Counted from the stretch's first letter, positions 39,941 to 49,447 are shown. The stretch: DNA of 64,000 nucleotides from Chloroflexota bacterium (GCA_029262675.1 JAJCYW010000021.1:130146-194145); one strand, 5' to 3'. Notes: generated by a model from the letters alone, not told the origin. Program-made: numbers and translations.

Positions 39941-40019
39941 CCCTGAGCTGCCCGCCACAGGCGGGCTTGTCGAAGGGTCTGGCTCCGAGGACGTTGTAGG
40001 GGCGCATCGCGACGCGCCC
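39941..40019. repeat. REP-like palindromic elements
   Basis: CCCTGAGC[...]TTGTCGAAGGG interrupted by a GCCCGCC-ACA-GGCGGGC hairpin, then GTAGGGGCGCATCGCGACGCGCCC. Confidence 0.55.
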
Positions 40020-40041
40020 GCGCCCTGGCAAACAAGACAAT

Positions 40042-40584
40042 ATGGCTGACAAGCAGGACATCCGAGCACTCATCGAGAAGATGGCCGAGGAGCGCGGCAA
40101 GCTGCTGGCGCTCGTCGAAGCGCTGAACGAGTCGGAGGCCGAGCAAGCACCCGCGGACGCCGAGGGCGAGGCCCAGTGGTCGGCCAAGCAGCAATGCGCG
40201 CACCTGACGGAGATGGAGTCGGCCTACCGCGCCTGGGTCGAGCGCGCGCTGGCAGAGGACAGCCCGGACGTCACCGGCGTCCGCGGCGAACAGGTCGCGA
40301 TTCCTCTCGAAGAGGCCCATCAGCATCCCGTCTCGGACCTGGTGGCGGAGATGCGTCGCCAGCGCGAGCTGACGCAGTCGCTGATCGACGGCCTGACGCC
40401 GGAGCAGTACGACCGCACAGCGACGCAGCCCATCTTCGGCACGCTAACCGTGATGCAGTGGCTGCGCTCGTACTACCGCCACGACAGGATGCACCAGGCC
40501 CAGATCGCGGGCCGCGAGGCCAACTACGTGCCGCGGTTCAGCGGCGGCAGCGAGCCGGACCAGCGTCGCACGCGACTGCAATGA
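40042..40584 (+). CDS. DinB family protein
   Basis: WSAKQQCAHL and HDRMH His triad pattern. Confidence 0.85.
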   Translation: MADKQDIRALIEKMAEERGKLLALVEALNESEAEQAPADAEGEAQWSAKQQCAHLTEMESAYRAWVERALAEDSPDVTGVRGEQVAIPLEEAHQHPVSDLVAEMRRQRELTQSLIDGLTPEQYDRTATQPIFGTLTVMQWLRSYYRHDRMHQAQIAGREANYVPRFSGGSEPDQRRTRLQ

Positions 40585-40624
40585 ACCCGCATCCATCCCG
40601 CGCGGCCTGATGCTGGCCCGCATC

Positions 40625-41611
40625 ATGGGCAAATCGCGTCCGCGCGTGTACGTCACGCGCACGCTTCCCGGCGCTGCGCTCGAAACGCTGCGAGCGCGCG
40701 CCGATGCCGACGTGTGGCAAGGCGAAGAGCCGCCGCCGCGCGCCGAACTCGCCTCGGCACTGCAAACCGCAGACGGCCTCGTCTGCCTGCTGACGGACGT
40801 GATAGACGCCGAACTGCTGGCGGACGCGCCGCGGCTGCGCGTCGTCAGCACGATGGCCGTCGGCTACGACAACATCGACGTCGACGCGGCGACGCGGCTG
40901 GGCGTCGCCGTCGCGAACACGCCCGGCGTCCTGACAGAGACCACGGCCGACTTCGCGTTCGCGCTGCTGTTATCGGCGGCGCGGCGCCTGCCGGAGGGCG
41001 AACGCACCGTACGGGAGGGGCTCTGGACGACGTGGAGCCCGGCGTTCCTGCTGGGCCGCGATATCCACGGCGCGACGCTCGGCATCGTCGGCCTCGGCGC
41101 TATCGGCCGGGCGGTGGCCCGCCGCGCGCGCGGATTCGGCATGGACGTGCTCTACCATAGCCGCGGCCGGAACGCAGAGGCCGAAGAGGAGTTAGGGTGC
41201 CGCCCGGCCGACTTCGACGCGCTGCTTTCCTCGTCGGACTTCGTCAGCGTCCACCTGCCGCTGACGCCGGAGACGCGCCACATGTTCGACGACGACGCGT
41301 TCGCTCGGATGAAACCGACGGCCATCTTCGTCAACACCGCCCGGGGCCCCGTCGTCGACGAGGCGGCGCTGCTGCGCGCGCTCGCGACGAAGCGCATCGC
41401 CGGGGCCGCGATCGACGTCGCGGAAGTGGAGCCGATGGCCAAGTTCGACCCCCTGCTCCGCTTGCCGAACCTGCTGGTGACGCCCCACATCGCCTCCGCC
41501 AGCGTGGCGACGCGGTCGCGGATGGCGGAGATGGCAGTGGAGCACGCGCTGCAGGCGATGGCCGGTGAACGTCCTTCTCACTGCGTAAATACACAGGTTT
41601 TCGACGCCTGA
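40625..41611 (+). CDS. D-2-hydroxyacid dehydrogenase (glyoxylate reductase-like), second paralog
   Basis: AVGYDN, GIVGLGAIG, NTARG, TPHIAS. Start 40610 or 40625. Confidence 0.9.
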   Translation: MGKSRPRVYVTRTLPGAALETLRARADADVWQGEEPPPRAELASALQTADGLVCLLTDVIDAELLADAPRLRVVSTMAVGYDNIDVDAATRLGVAVANTPGVLTETTADFAFALLLSAARRLPEGERTVREGLWTTWSPAFLLGRDIHGATLGIVGLGAIGRAVARRARGFGMDVLYHSRGRNAEAEEELGCRPADFDALLSSSDFVSVHLPLTPETRHMFDDDAFARMKPTAIFVNTARGPVVDEAALLRALATKRIAGAAIDVAEVEPMAKFDPLLRLPNLLVTPHIASASVATRSRMAEMAVEHALQAMAGERPSHCVNTQVFDA

Positions 41612-41646
41612 CCGAAGCTAACAGCAGACGCGGAGCGAAACACGTA

Positions 41647-41675
41647 TTGACAATTCCTCGTCACAGGAGTATTGT
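41647..41675 (+). promoter_or_regulatory. Sigma70 promoter
   Basis: TTGACA-17nt-TATTGT. Confidence 0.65.
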
Positions 41676-41681
41676 CTCCGT

Positions 41682-41890
41682 AGAGACACCCGTCAGTACG
41701 TGGGGCAGTCCGAAAGGAGGCTCACATTGAAGGTTTGCACTCGGGTTCTCTGGGGAGTGTGGCAAGTCGATGGGTAACGCCCTGCCGGATGACGGCAGGG
41801 CTCGCGGACCCGCCGGGCACCACACTTGTGCTGTAAACGGAACGTGCACGTGATGCGCTTCCAGGCCTGTGGGACTTTCCCACCAGTGGG
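41682..41890 (+). ncRNA. Structured ncRNA, 6S RNA-like rod
   Basis: Nested pairings GTGGGGCAGTCC/GGACTTTCCCAC, GGAGGC/GCTTCC, TCAC/GTGA, GTTTGCA/TGTAAAC, GAGTGTGG/CCACACTT and apical GCCCTGCCG/CGGCAGGGC; own promoter and downstream hairpin. Confidence 0.5.
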
Positions 41891-41918
41891 GCCGGCGATC
41901 GAATAGTCCAGAAACTCT

Positions 41919-41946
41919 AGGGCTTTCCCATGGATGGGAAAGCCCT
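41919..41946 (+). terminator. Hairpin after the ncRNA candidate
   Basis: AGGGCTTTCCCA-TGGA-TGGGAAAGCCCT perfect stem. Confidence 0.5.
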
Positions 41947-41973
41947 TCACTCATGCGAGGCAGGACGCCGCCC

Positions 41974-42639
41974 ATGGTCGAAGGCGACGAGATCCAGGAC
42001 AGCAGCAACCTCTGGCTGGCGGATACCCTTTGGGAGTTGGGCGCCGTCCAGTTCGGCAGCTTTACGCTGGGCCGCACGACCGTCGACTCCCCCGTCTACG
42101 TCAACCTTCGGCTGCTGATCGGCCACCCGCTGGCGCTGACGCGCGTCGCCGATGTGATCCACGCCGAGATCCGCGCGCTCCTGCGGATGCTCCACCCCCA
42201 GGTCGAACCGTTTTCGCTCGTCGCCGGAGTCCCGTTCGGCGGTCTCCACATCGCGACCGCCTTCTCGCTCTGTGCGCAACTTCCCATGATCTACCTGCAC
42301 CCGCGGCCGGACGATTTGGGCAGCGACATCGAAGGACTCTATCACCCCAATCAGCGGGCGCTGATTATGGACGACCTATTGGCCGGCGGCGGCAGCATCC
42401 TGGAGACCGCGCTCCAACTGGGCGAATCCGGGCTGATGGTGCGCGACGCGGTGGTGCTGCTGGACCGCCAGCAAGGCGGCCGCGAGCGGCTGGAGCGCCA
42501 GGGCGTGCATCTTGTATCGCTGCTGACGCTTGAGGTGCTCATGAACCGCCTCCGCTTCACCAAGAAGATCCGGGACGAGGACTACCAAAAGACGATGGAG
42601 TTCCTGCGCACACACGGCCACCTGGACAGCGACACCTAA
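41974..42639 (+). CDS. Orotate phosphoribosyltransferase-like protein
   Basis: FGSFTL, SPVYVNLR, GVPFGG, PRPP motif LIMDDLLAGGGS, LDRQQGG. Confidence 0.8.
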   Translation: MVEGDEIQDSSNLWLADTLWELGAVQFGSFTLGRTTVDSPVYVNLRLLIGHPLALTRVADVIHAEIRALLRMLHPQVEPFSLVAGVPFGGLHIATAFSLCAQLPMIYLHPRPDDLGSDIEGLYHPNQRALIMDDLLAGGGSILETALQLGESGLMVRDAVVLLDRQQGGRERLERQGVHLVSLLTLEVLMNRLRFTKKIRDEDYQKTMEFLRTHGHLDSDT

Positions 42640-42736
42640 CCCCCCTACTCCCATCGCATCTAATGACCGCTTGACCGAGCCAGATGCTGCTGGTACGTTG
42701 CGACCAATAAGGCTTAGTGTTAAGGGAGGTAACCAA

Positions 42737-43561
42737 ATGACCCGATTCATGCGACTGCTATTGGTAACCGCAGCGCTCCTGGCAGCGTCGCTCGTGGTCG
42801 CCTGCAGCAGCGACAGTGACGACAATGGCGATAACGGCGGCTCTGACGGCCAGCCCGATGCTACCGAGCCGGCGGACGGCGACAACGGCGACAACGGTGA
42901 CGGTGGTGACGACGGCAATGGCAGCTCGGACGGCGATGGGGGCGACATCACCGGCGAGCTTCGCGACCTTGCCGACCGGTTCGGCGACCAGGAATTCAAG
43001 ATCGAATTCAACTACTCGAGCTCGACGGGTGGCGTCGTCGACGACGAAGGCACGATGACGCTGTACTGGAAGCCTCCGGACGGATGGCGAATGGACATCG
43101 GTAGCGACAGTGGCGATGCCACTATGATTACGCAGGGCGGGACATCGTATATCTGCAGCGCTGATGGCGGCGAGGCCCAATGCTTCGAGTCGCCTGTCGC
43201 GTCCGATTCCGGGGTCCCGTTCCTGAGCCTATTCACGGACCCCAACGCGCTCACCGCGCAGATCGACAGCACGATCTCCGGCGGCGACGTCGACGTTAAC
43301 CGGTCCAGCCGCAACATCGCCGGAGTGGACGCGACGTGCTACGAATATTCCGGCACCATCGACGGTGAGGCCGGTGAGGCCGAGTACTGCTTCGGAGACA
43401 ACGGCATGCTGCTGGCCTTAGTCGGCGCGGAGTCGGACGCTGGTTCCACCAGCGCATTCTCTCTGGAGGCAACAAACGTCTCGACGTCAGTTTCGTCGAG
43501 CGACCTGGAACCCCCCTACCCGATTCTGGATCTAGGCGACCTGGGCGACCTGATTCCGTAA
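42737..43561 (+). CDS. Hypothetical lipoprotein with D/G-rich linker
   Basis: RBS AAGGGAGG; lipobox VVAC; four Cys in a beta-rich domain. Confidence 0.75.
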   Translation: MTRFMRLLLVTAALLAASLVVACSSDSDDNGDNGGSDGQPDATEPADGDNGDNGDGGDDGNGSSDGDGGDITGELRDLADRFGDQEFKIEFNYSSSTGGVVDDEGTMTLYWKPPDGWRMDIGSDSGDATMITQGGTSYICSADGGEAQCFESPVASDSGVPFLSLFTDPNALTAQIDSTISGGDVDVNRSSRNIAGVDATCYEYSGTIDGEAGEAEYCFGDNGMLLALVGAESDAGSTSAFSLEATNVSTSVSSSDLEPPYPILDLGDLGDLIP

Positions 43562-43586
43562 GTCGGCTACAAACGCGGATCTACGA

Positions 43587-43618
43587 AGAGAGGCCGGGTG
43601 ATATCACCCGGCCTCTCT
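43587..43618. terminator. Perfect 32-bp palindrome between convergent genes
   Basis: AGAGAGGCCGGGTGATATCACCCGGCCTCTCT. Confidence 0.7.
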
Positions 43619-43641
43619 GTATCTCCTATGTCAGGTTTCGA

Positions 43642-43857
43642 CTAGAGCAGCCTGCGGATCGGCTTGCGGCCAGGACGAGGGTCGTAGTTGGCCTGGAACA
43701 TCTCCAGCTTGTCGCGTTCGATCAGGTACTTACCGGCGAAGAGGATGGCCGGCACCTTCTTCTGCTTGATCAGCCGGCGAAGACTCTGTGGGTGGATTCG
43801 CAAGATACGGGCCGCCTCCACGAGATCCAAATAGTTATCGAACGGAGTCGCGGACAT
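43642..43857 (-). CDS. Small excisionase-like (HTH_17) DNA-binding protein
   Basis: YLDLVEAARILRIHPQSLRRLIKQKKVPA...GKYLI; RBS GGGGGAAGG. Confidence 0.8.
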   Translation of the reverse strand: MSATPFDNYLDLVEAARILRIHPQSLRRLIKQKKVPAILFAGKYLIERDKLEMFQANYDPRPGRKPIRRLL

Positions 43858-44032
43858 ACCTTCCCCCTGCCTTATAGTTGATAACATGTGTACATGAATA
43901 TACCACACCGGCCCGCCAATAACCAAGCGATTCAGCCGTTACGTTCAGCGGGTGGCTCGTAGCAGCTTCGGTTAGCACCGCCGCGAAGCTGCGTACAACG
44001 TTTCGTCAAGTTGAAGGGCGCCGACGGCGTCC

Positions 44033-44821
44033 TTACTGCGAAGCGGGCGGATCCTCCCATAACCCACGCTCGCGTAGCAGCGGCCGGCTGTAGAAGTGCT
44101 GGCCGGCGAGCGGTTTCGCCTCGTCGCTGCAGAGGTAGATGACTGCCTTGCCCATCGCATCCGGGTGCTCGACGTAGGGCCCGGCCGGCACCTGCTCCGG
44201 CAGCCGGTGGTACATCGTTCCCGGCGTGACCACGAGTCCTTCGGGTGACAGCGCGAAGACGCGGATATCGTGCTCCTTCACCTCCTCGGCCAGGCCTTCG
44301 CTGAGTTGCCGGAGCGCGTGCTTGGTGACCTTGTAGGAGATGTTTCCGCCGCCGCCCTGGTCCGCCGCTATCGATGAGATGTTGATGACCACACCGCCCT
44401 CGCCGCGTTCGATCATGTGCGGCAGCACGGCCCGGCAGCAGGCAACGGCGCCGCGCACGTTAACGCGGTTCACCAAGTCCCAACGCTTGAGCGGCGTCTC
44501 CCAGAGCTTGCCCGGGCCCATGACCCCGGCGTTGTTGATCAGGATGTCGATCCGGCCGAACTCGCCGATGGTCGTCTGCACCGCGGCGTCGATACTCGCT
44601 TCGTCCGTCACGTCCGTGCGAATGGCCAACGCCCGCACACCCAGCGCCTCGATCTCTCCGACGGTGGCGTGAATCGTGCCTGGCAGTTTGGGATCGGCAT
44701 CGGCCTCTGTCCGCGCCGCGACGACGATGTGACAGCCCTCAGCCGCCAGCGCGAGCGCCATGTTCTTGCCCAGACCGCGACTGGCGCCGGTGATGAACGC
44801 GACCTTGTCCCTGAGCTCCAT
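44033..44821 (-). CDS. Short-chain dehydrogenase/reductase
   Basis: TGASRGLG, NNAG, YKVTK. Confidence 0.9.
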   Translation of the reverse strand: MELRDKVAFITGASRGLGKNMALALAAEGCHIVVAARTEADADPKLPGTIHATVGEIEALGVRALAIRTDVTDEASIDAAVQTTIGEFGRIDILINNAGVMGPGKLWETPLKRWDLVNRVNVRGAVACCRAVLPHMIERGEGGVVINISSIAADQGGGGNISYKVTKHALRQLSEGLAEEVKEHDIRVFALSPEGLVVTPGTMYHRLPEQVPAGPYVEHPDAMGKAVIYLCSDEAKPLAGQHFYSRPLLRERGLWEDPPASQ

Positions 44822-45218
44822 CTCGTCCCCCTTTTGGCTCTGCCCCTGCGGCGTATGTTCAGCGTTTAACGCCCACTGGTCTCCGGCCGAACACCCTGCG
44901 TATCGTGCCGCCTGAAGCCCGCATCTGTCAAATCTGGATGCGCCGCCACACTGTTTTCTAGATCGCGCCACACTCTCGTCGAGCGTGACGCACGTGACTA
45001 GCTGCGCGGTGTAGTGGAATACACCGGTAAGAATCGGCGTACCGAAACAACGGCCCACGCTGACGCCGCGTTGATCGCGCCGTGAGGCCGGTGCTAGACT
45101 GCCGATAGATACAAAGATCGAGACTCCGCAATTCGGGTTTCCGCCCGACCTCGTGGGTGCGGCGGCTGCAGTACCGGACTGCTAACGGCCGGACGGCGAC
45201 GAACAAGAAAGGCATCAT

Positions 45219-46193
45219 ATGAAAGCCACAGTAGTAGGCAGCTATCCGAAGATTCCCAATCGGCCGCGGCCGGCGCGGCTACGCAACGCGATCAGCAAAC
45301 TGGACCGCGGCGAGATCGCAAAAGCCGAGCTGGCGCAGGTAGCCGACGAAGTCACAATCGAAGTCCTGGAGGAACAGGCGCAGGCCGGACTAGACCTGGT
45401 TACGGACGGTCATATCCGATGGGAGGACGAGCAGACGTATCTTGCCCGCCAGCTGACGGGCATCAGCATCAACGGCCTGATCCGCTGGTTCGACACCAAC
45501 ATGTACTTTCGCCAGCCCGTCATTGAGGGCGACGTGACCTGGCAGCGCCCGATTACAGTGCGCGACTATGCATTCGCTGTGGAGCACAGCGCGAAGCCCG
45601 TGAAGCCGGTGCTGACAGGCCCCTACACGCTCGCCCGCCTGTCGATCGACAACCACTACAACAACAACGAGGCGCTCGCGCTGGCGTTCGCCGAGGCGCT
45701 GAACCGCGAGGCGAAAGCCCTGCAAGAGGCCGGCGCGACGCTGATCCAGTTCAACGAGCCGGCGATCCTCAAGCAGAAAGACGACATCGCCAGCTTCGCC
45801 AAGATCTGCGAGCGGCTGGTCGACGGGCTGACGGCCGAGACGTCGCTCTACCTCTACTTCGGCGATGTCGAGGGCATCTACGCCGAGATCCAGCAGTTGC
45901 CGTTCGACTTGATCGGTCTCGATCTCGTGATGGGCGCTGCCAACGCGGAGTTGCTCGCTGGCGCCACGTTCAAGAAGAAGCTCGGCCTCGGTATCATCGA
46001 CGCGCGTAATACACGGCTGGAAACGCCCGATCAGATCGCGAAGCAGATTCGCAGACTAAGCGACGGCATCGACCCCGACAGCGTCCACGTCAGCCCCAGC
46101 GCCGGCCTGGAGTTCCTCCCGCGCGAGGTGGCGCAGGAGAAGCTGCGGCTGCTGGCAGAGGGCGTCCGCAAGGCAGAGGGAGTACTGGTATGA
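45219..46193 (+). CDS. Cobalamin-independent methionine synthase, non-catalytic (N-terminal-like) half
   Basis: VGSYP, RWFDTNMYF, KPVLTGPYTL, QFNEP; Zn ligands absent (YLYF; PSAGLEFLP). Confidence 0.8.
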   Translation: MKATVVGSYPKIPNRPRPARLRNAISKLDRGEIAKAELAQVADEVTIEVLEEQAQAGLDLVTDGHIRWEDEQTYLARQLTGISINGLIRWFDTNMYFRQPVIEGDVTWQRPITVRDYAFAVEHSAKPVKPVLTGPYTLARLSIDNHYNNNEALALAFAEALNREAKALQEAGATLIQFNEPAILKQKDDIASFAKICERLVDGLTAETSLYLYFGDVEGIYAEIQQLPFDLIGLDLVMGAANAELLAGATFKKKLGLGIIDARNTRLETPDQIAKQIRRLSDGIDPDSVHVSPSAGLEFLPREVAQEKLRLLAEGVRKAEGVLV

Positions 46194-47170
46194 CCAAGGG
46201 CCTGATCACCACCACCGTCGGCAGCTTCCCAAAGCCGCCGTACCTACAGCAGGCGCGCAATCGTTTCGCCGCGGGCAAGCTGCCACGCGAGGAGCTAGAC
46301 GAGCTAGAGCTGCAAGCGACGCGTGAAGTAATCGCGTTGCAGGAAGAGATCGGCATCGACATCCTCGTCGACGGTGAGATGGCGCGCGGCGACATGGTCG
46401 TTTTCTTCGCCGAGCACCTGGAAGGCATGGAGGTCGGCGGGCTGGTGCGTTCCTACGGCAACCGCTACTACCACAAGCCGGTCGTAAAGGGCCCCGTCCG
46501 CTGGACGGAGCCGATGACGGTCGAGATGTGGAAGTACGCTCAGAGCCTGACCGACAAGCCCGTGAAGGGCATGCTGACCGGCCCCTACACCATGGTCGAG
46601 TGGTCGTTCCTGGAAGGCTACGACGACTTCCGCACCGCCGTGCTGGAGATGGCGCGCGCCGTCAACTACGAGGCGCTGGAGCTCAACCGCGCGGGCGCGA
46701 CCTTCATCCAGATCGACGAGCCGGCGCTCTCGACGCGCATGGAGGACATCGAGCTCGCGATCGAAGCGATGGCCATCGCGACGGAGGGGCTGACGGCCAC
46801 GACGGCGACCCACGTCTGCTACGGCGACTTCGTCTCCGCCTACCCACGCTTCTTCGACATGCCTGTGAAGCAGTTCGACATGGAGATGGCCAACAGCAGC
46901 CACGAGCTCGTCGACCTGTTGAAGACAAAGGGTTTCCCTGAGGACAAAGAGATCGCCTGGGGCGTCGTCGACGTCCACAGCCACAAGATCGAGTCCGTCG
47001 ACGACGTCGTTGCGGAGATCAAGCGCGGCCTGGAAGTGCTGCCACCGGAGCGACTTTACATCGACCCTGACTGCGGACTCAAGACGCGCACGTGGGACGA
47101 ATCGGCGGACAAGCTGCGCGTCATCGTCCGGGGTGTCGCGCAGGTCAAGAGCGAGCTCGGCATCGAGTAG
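46190..47170 (+). CDS. metE: Cobalamin-independent methionine synthase, catalytic half
   Basis: TTVGSFP, DGEMARGDMV, KGMLTGPYT, QIDEPA, Zn ligands HVC...E...PDCGLKTR. Confidence 0.88.
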   Translation: MTKGLITTTVGSFPKPPYLQQARNRFAAGKLPREELDELELQATREVIALQEEIGIDILVDGEMARGDMVVFFAEHLEGMEVGGLVRSYGNRYYHKPVVKGPVRWTEPMTVEMWKYAQSLTDKPVKGMLTGPYTMVEWSFLEGYDDFRTAVLEMARAVNYEALELNRAGATFIQIDEPALSTRMEDIELAIEAMAIATEGLTATTATHVCYGDFVSAYPRFFDMPVKQFDMEMANSSHELVDLLKTKGFPEDKEIAWGVVDVHSHKIESVDDVVAEIKRGLEVLPPERLYIDPDCGLKTRTWDESADKLRVIVRGVAQVKSELGIE

Positions 47171-47182
47171 GGAGACCTCTGC

Positions 47183-47872
47183 ATGGACGTGGCCGGCGTA
47201 GATGGTTGCAAGGGCAGTTGGCTGTTGGTGCGCGCCGACGCGACTGACCGGCTGCGCGTCACGGACATCTCGATCATCCCCACCTTTCGAGAGCTAGTCG
47301 ACGCCACGGCCGACTGCGCCGCGGTCGCCATCGACATCCCTATCGGCCTGGCCGCGCACGAGCCGCGCGCAGCCGACGGCGAGGCGCGTAAGGCTATCGG
47401 CCCGCGAAGAAACAGCGTCTTTCCCGCGCCAATGCGGGCCGTTCTTGCCGCCCGCACGTACGAGGACGCCTGCGCGTTCTCGCTGGAAGCGTACGGCAAG
47501 AAGCTGTCGCAACAGGCGTTTGCCATCCTGCCCAAGATTCGGGAGGCCGACGAGGCGATGACACCCGCGCTGCAGGAGCGCATCCGCGAAGTACACCCTG
47601 AAGTCTGCTTCTGGGCGCTAAACGACTATCGAGCGTTGGACTACGCGAAACTGAAGGCCGATGGAGCTGCGGAACGCGCGGACATCCTAAAGCCAGCGTA
47701 CGCCGATGCTATTTCGTCCGTGAATCCGCCGCGCGGCGCAAAGCGCGACGACCTCTACGACGCCTGCGTAGCGGCCTGGACCGCAGGTCGCGTCGCGTAC
47801 GGCGCCGAGCAGACGCTGCCGGCAGGCCCGCCGCTGGACGAACGCGGACTGCGCATGGAGATCGTGTACTAA
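47183..47872 (+). CDS. DUF429 (RNase H-like fold) protein
   Basis: GVDGCKGSW, AIDIPIGL, EVHPE, DDLYDA. Confidence 0.8.
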   Translation: MDVAGVDGCKGSWLLVRADATDRLRVTDISIIPTFRELVDATADCAAVAIDIPIGLAAHEPRAADGEARKAIGPRRNSVFPAPMRAVLAARTYEDACAFSLEAYGKKLSQQAFAILPKIREADEAMTPALQERIREVHPEVCFWALNDYRALDYAKLKADGAAERADILKPAYADAISSVNPPRGAKRDDLYDACVAAWTAGRVAYGAEQTLPAGPPLDERGLRMEIVY

Positions 47873-48004
47873 GCGGCAGTTTGCGATAGCCTTCTTCCGT
47901 ACCCTGGACACGGACGACCGACACGGCATCGGACGCTCCGGCCTGCGAGCGACCTGCGCCTCGGCGCGCGTTCCGGCGAGCCATAGGAGTTGTTACTAGC
48001 GCAG

Positions 48005-49447
48005 ATGACAGCGAACGACCACCCGCTCGACTTCCTCTTCCGCCCGCGGAGCATCGCCGTCGTCGGCGCTAGCACCGGCCAAGGTCCCGGCAGCGGTTTC
48101 CTGATGGCAATCAAGGAGATGGGCTTTTCGGGCACCCTCTACCCCGTCAATCCCAAGGCTTTCGAGCTCCAGGGCCTGACGTGCTACCCCAGCCTGGCCG
48201 ACGTCCCAGGCACCGTTGACTACGTGATCTCGTGCATTCCGGTCGCCCTAGTGCCACAGATGGTCGAGGAGGCGGCCGGCAAGGGCGTGCGGGCGATCCA
48301 GTTCTTCACCGCGGGCTTCGGCGAGACCGGCGACGCCGAACGAGCCGAGCAGGAGTCGCAGGTCTTGGCGCGAACGCGGGAGCTGGGCATCCGCATCGTC
48401 GGGCCGAACTGCCTCGGCCTCTGCTGCCCGGAAACGGGCCTCTCGTTCATGCCGGGGCTGCCGCCCGAGCCGGGGCCCGTCGGCATGGTCTCACAGAGCG
48501 GCGCCAACGCCGGCGACATCTGCCGCACGGGCGGCGCGCGCGGACTTCGCTACAGCAAGGTGATCAGCTACGGCAACGCCACGGACCTCACCGAGAGCGA
48601 TTTCCTCGACTACCTGGCGGACGATCCGGCGACCGAAATCATCACCTCCTACATCGAGGGGATCAAAGACGGCCCGCGCTTCTTCGCGACACTGAAGAAG
48701 GCCGCCGCCGCCAAGCCCGTGATCGTCCTCAAGGGCGGGCGTACGGAGGCCGGCGGCCGCGCGACCGTGTCGCACACGGGCAGCCTGGCCGGCGAGCTAC
48801 AGGTCTTCGATGCCGTCTGCCGCCAGACGGGCGCGATGCGCGTCGAGAGCATCGACGAGCTCGTCGACCTGGCAACGGCCTTCCGCTACGTCCCGGTCGT
48901 GGCCGGTCCCGGCATCGGCATCGTCGGCGTCGGCGGCGGCAACAGCGTGCTGGCGGCGGACGACATCGCGGCGGCCGGCCTCGAGGTGCCGGTGCTGCCT
49001 GATGACACGCAACGACAGCTGGCCGAGTTCACGCCCGTGGCCGGGACGAGCGTGCGCAATCCGGTCGACACCAACGTCGGATTCGGGCCAGACGGCCCGC
49101 GGCTGATGCGCGAGACGCTGCGCCTGGTGGCCGAGGCGCCGAACATCGACGTGATCATCTACCAAGCGCCTATTGGCTGGGGGCCGTCGCGACGCACTAG
49201 TGACGAAGACGGCCCGAGTGTGGTCGAACAGGCCAAGCTGATGGCGGTGGCGACGGGAGAGGCCGTCCGCGACTTCGGAAAGCCGATCGTCACGCTCGTC
49301 CGGCCGCCGCTCACCGCGGAGGTGATGGAGGCCAGCATCGCATTCAAAGAGGAAGCGGCCGCCCAGAACCTGGCGATCTTCGCCGCCGTCTCCAGCGCCG
49401 CCCGCGCGCTGCGCCGCGTGTTGGACCGGCGAGCGCGCTTCGACTAA
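48005..49447 (+). CDS. NDP-forming acyl-CoA synthetase, CoA-binding (alpha-type) subunit
   Basis: PRSIAVVGAS, GPNCLG, SQSG, SHTGSLAG phospho-His, NPVD; no ATP-grasp domain. Confidence 0.85.
   Translation: MTANDHPLDFLFRPRSIAVVGASTGQGPGSGFLMAIKEMGFSGTLYPVNPKAFELQGLTCYPSLADVPGTVDYVISCIPVALVPQMVEEAAGKGVRAIQFFTAGFGETGDAERAEQESQVLARTRELGIRIVGPNCLGLCCPETGLSFMPGLPPEPGPVGMVSQSGANAGDICRTGGARGLRYSKVISYGNATDLTESDFLDYLADDPATEIITSYIEGIKDGPRFFATLKKAAAAKPVIVLKGGRTEAGGRATVSHTGSLAGELQVFDAVCRQTGAMRVESIDELVDLATAFRYVPVVAGPGIGIVGVGGGNSVLAADDIAAAGLEVPVLPDDTQRQLAEFTPVAGTSVRNPVDTNVGFGPDGPRLMRETLRLVAEAPNIDVIIYQAPIGWGPSRRTSDEDGPSVVEQAKLMAVATGEAVRDFGKPIVTLVRPPLTAEVMEASIAFKEEAAAQNLAIFAAVSSAARALRRVLDRRARFD

Noticed and set aside
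41700-41725. SRP RNA suggested by TCC-GAAA-GGA
   Set aside because: Lacks the conserved CAGG/AGCA internal loop of helix 8.
44985-44998. Second CRP-like site GTGA-N6-TGAC
   Set aside because: Mismatch in a key half-site; expected by chance at this GC.
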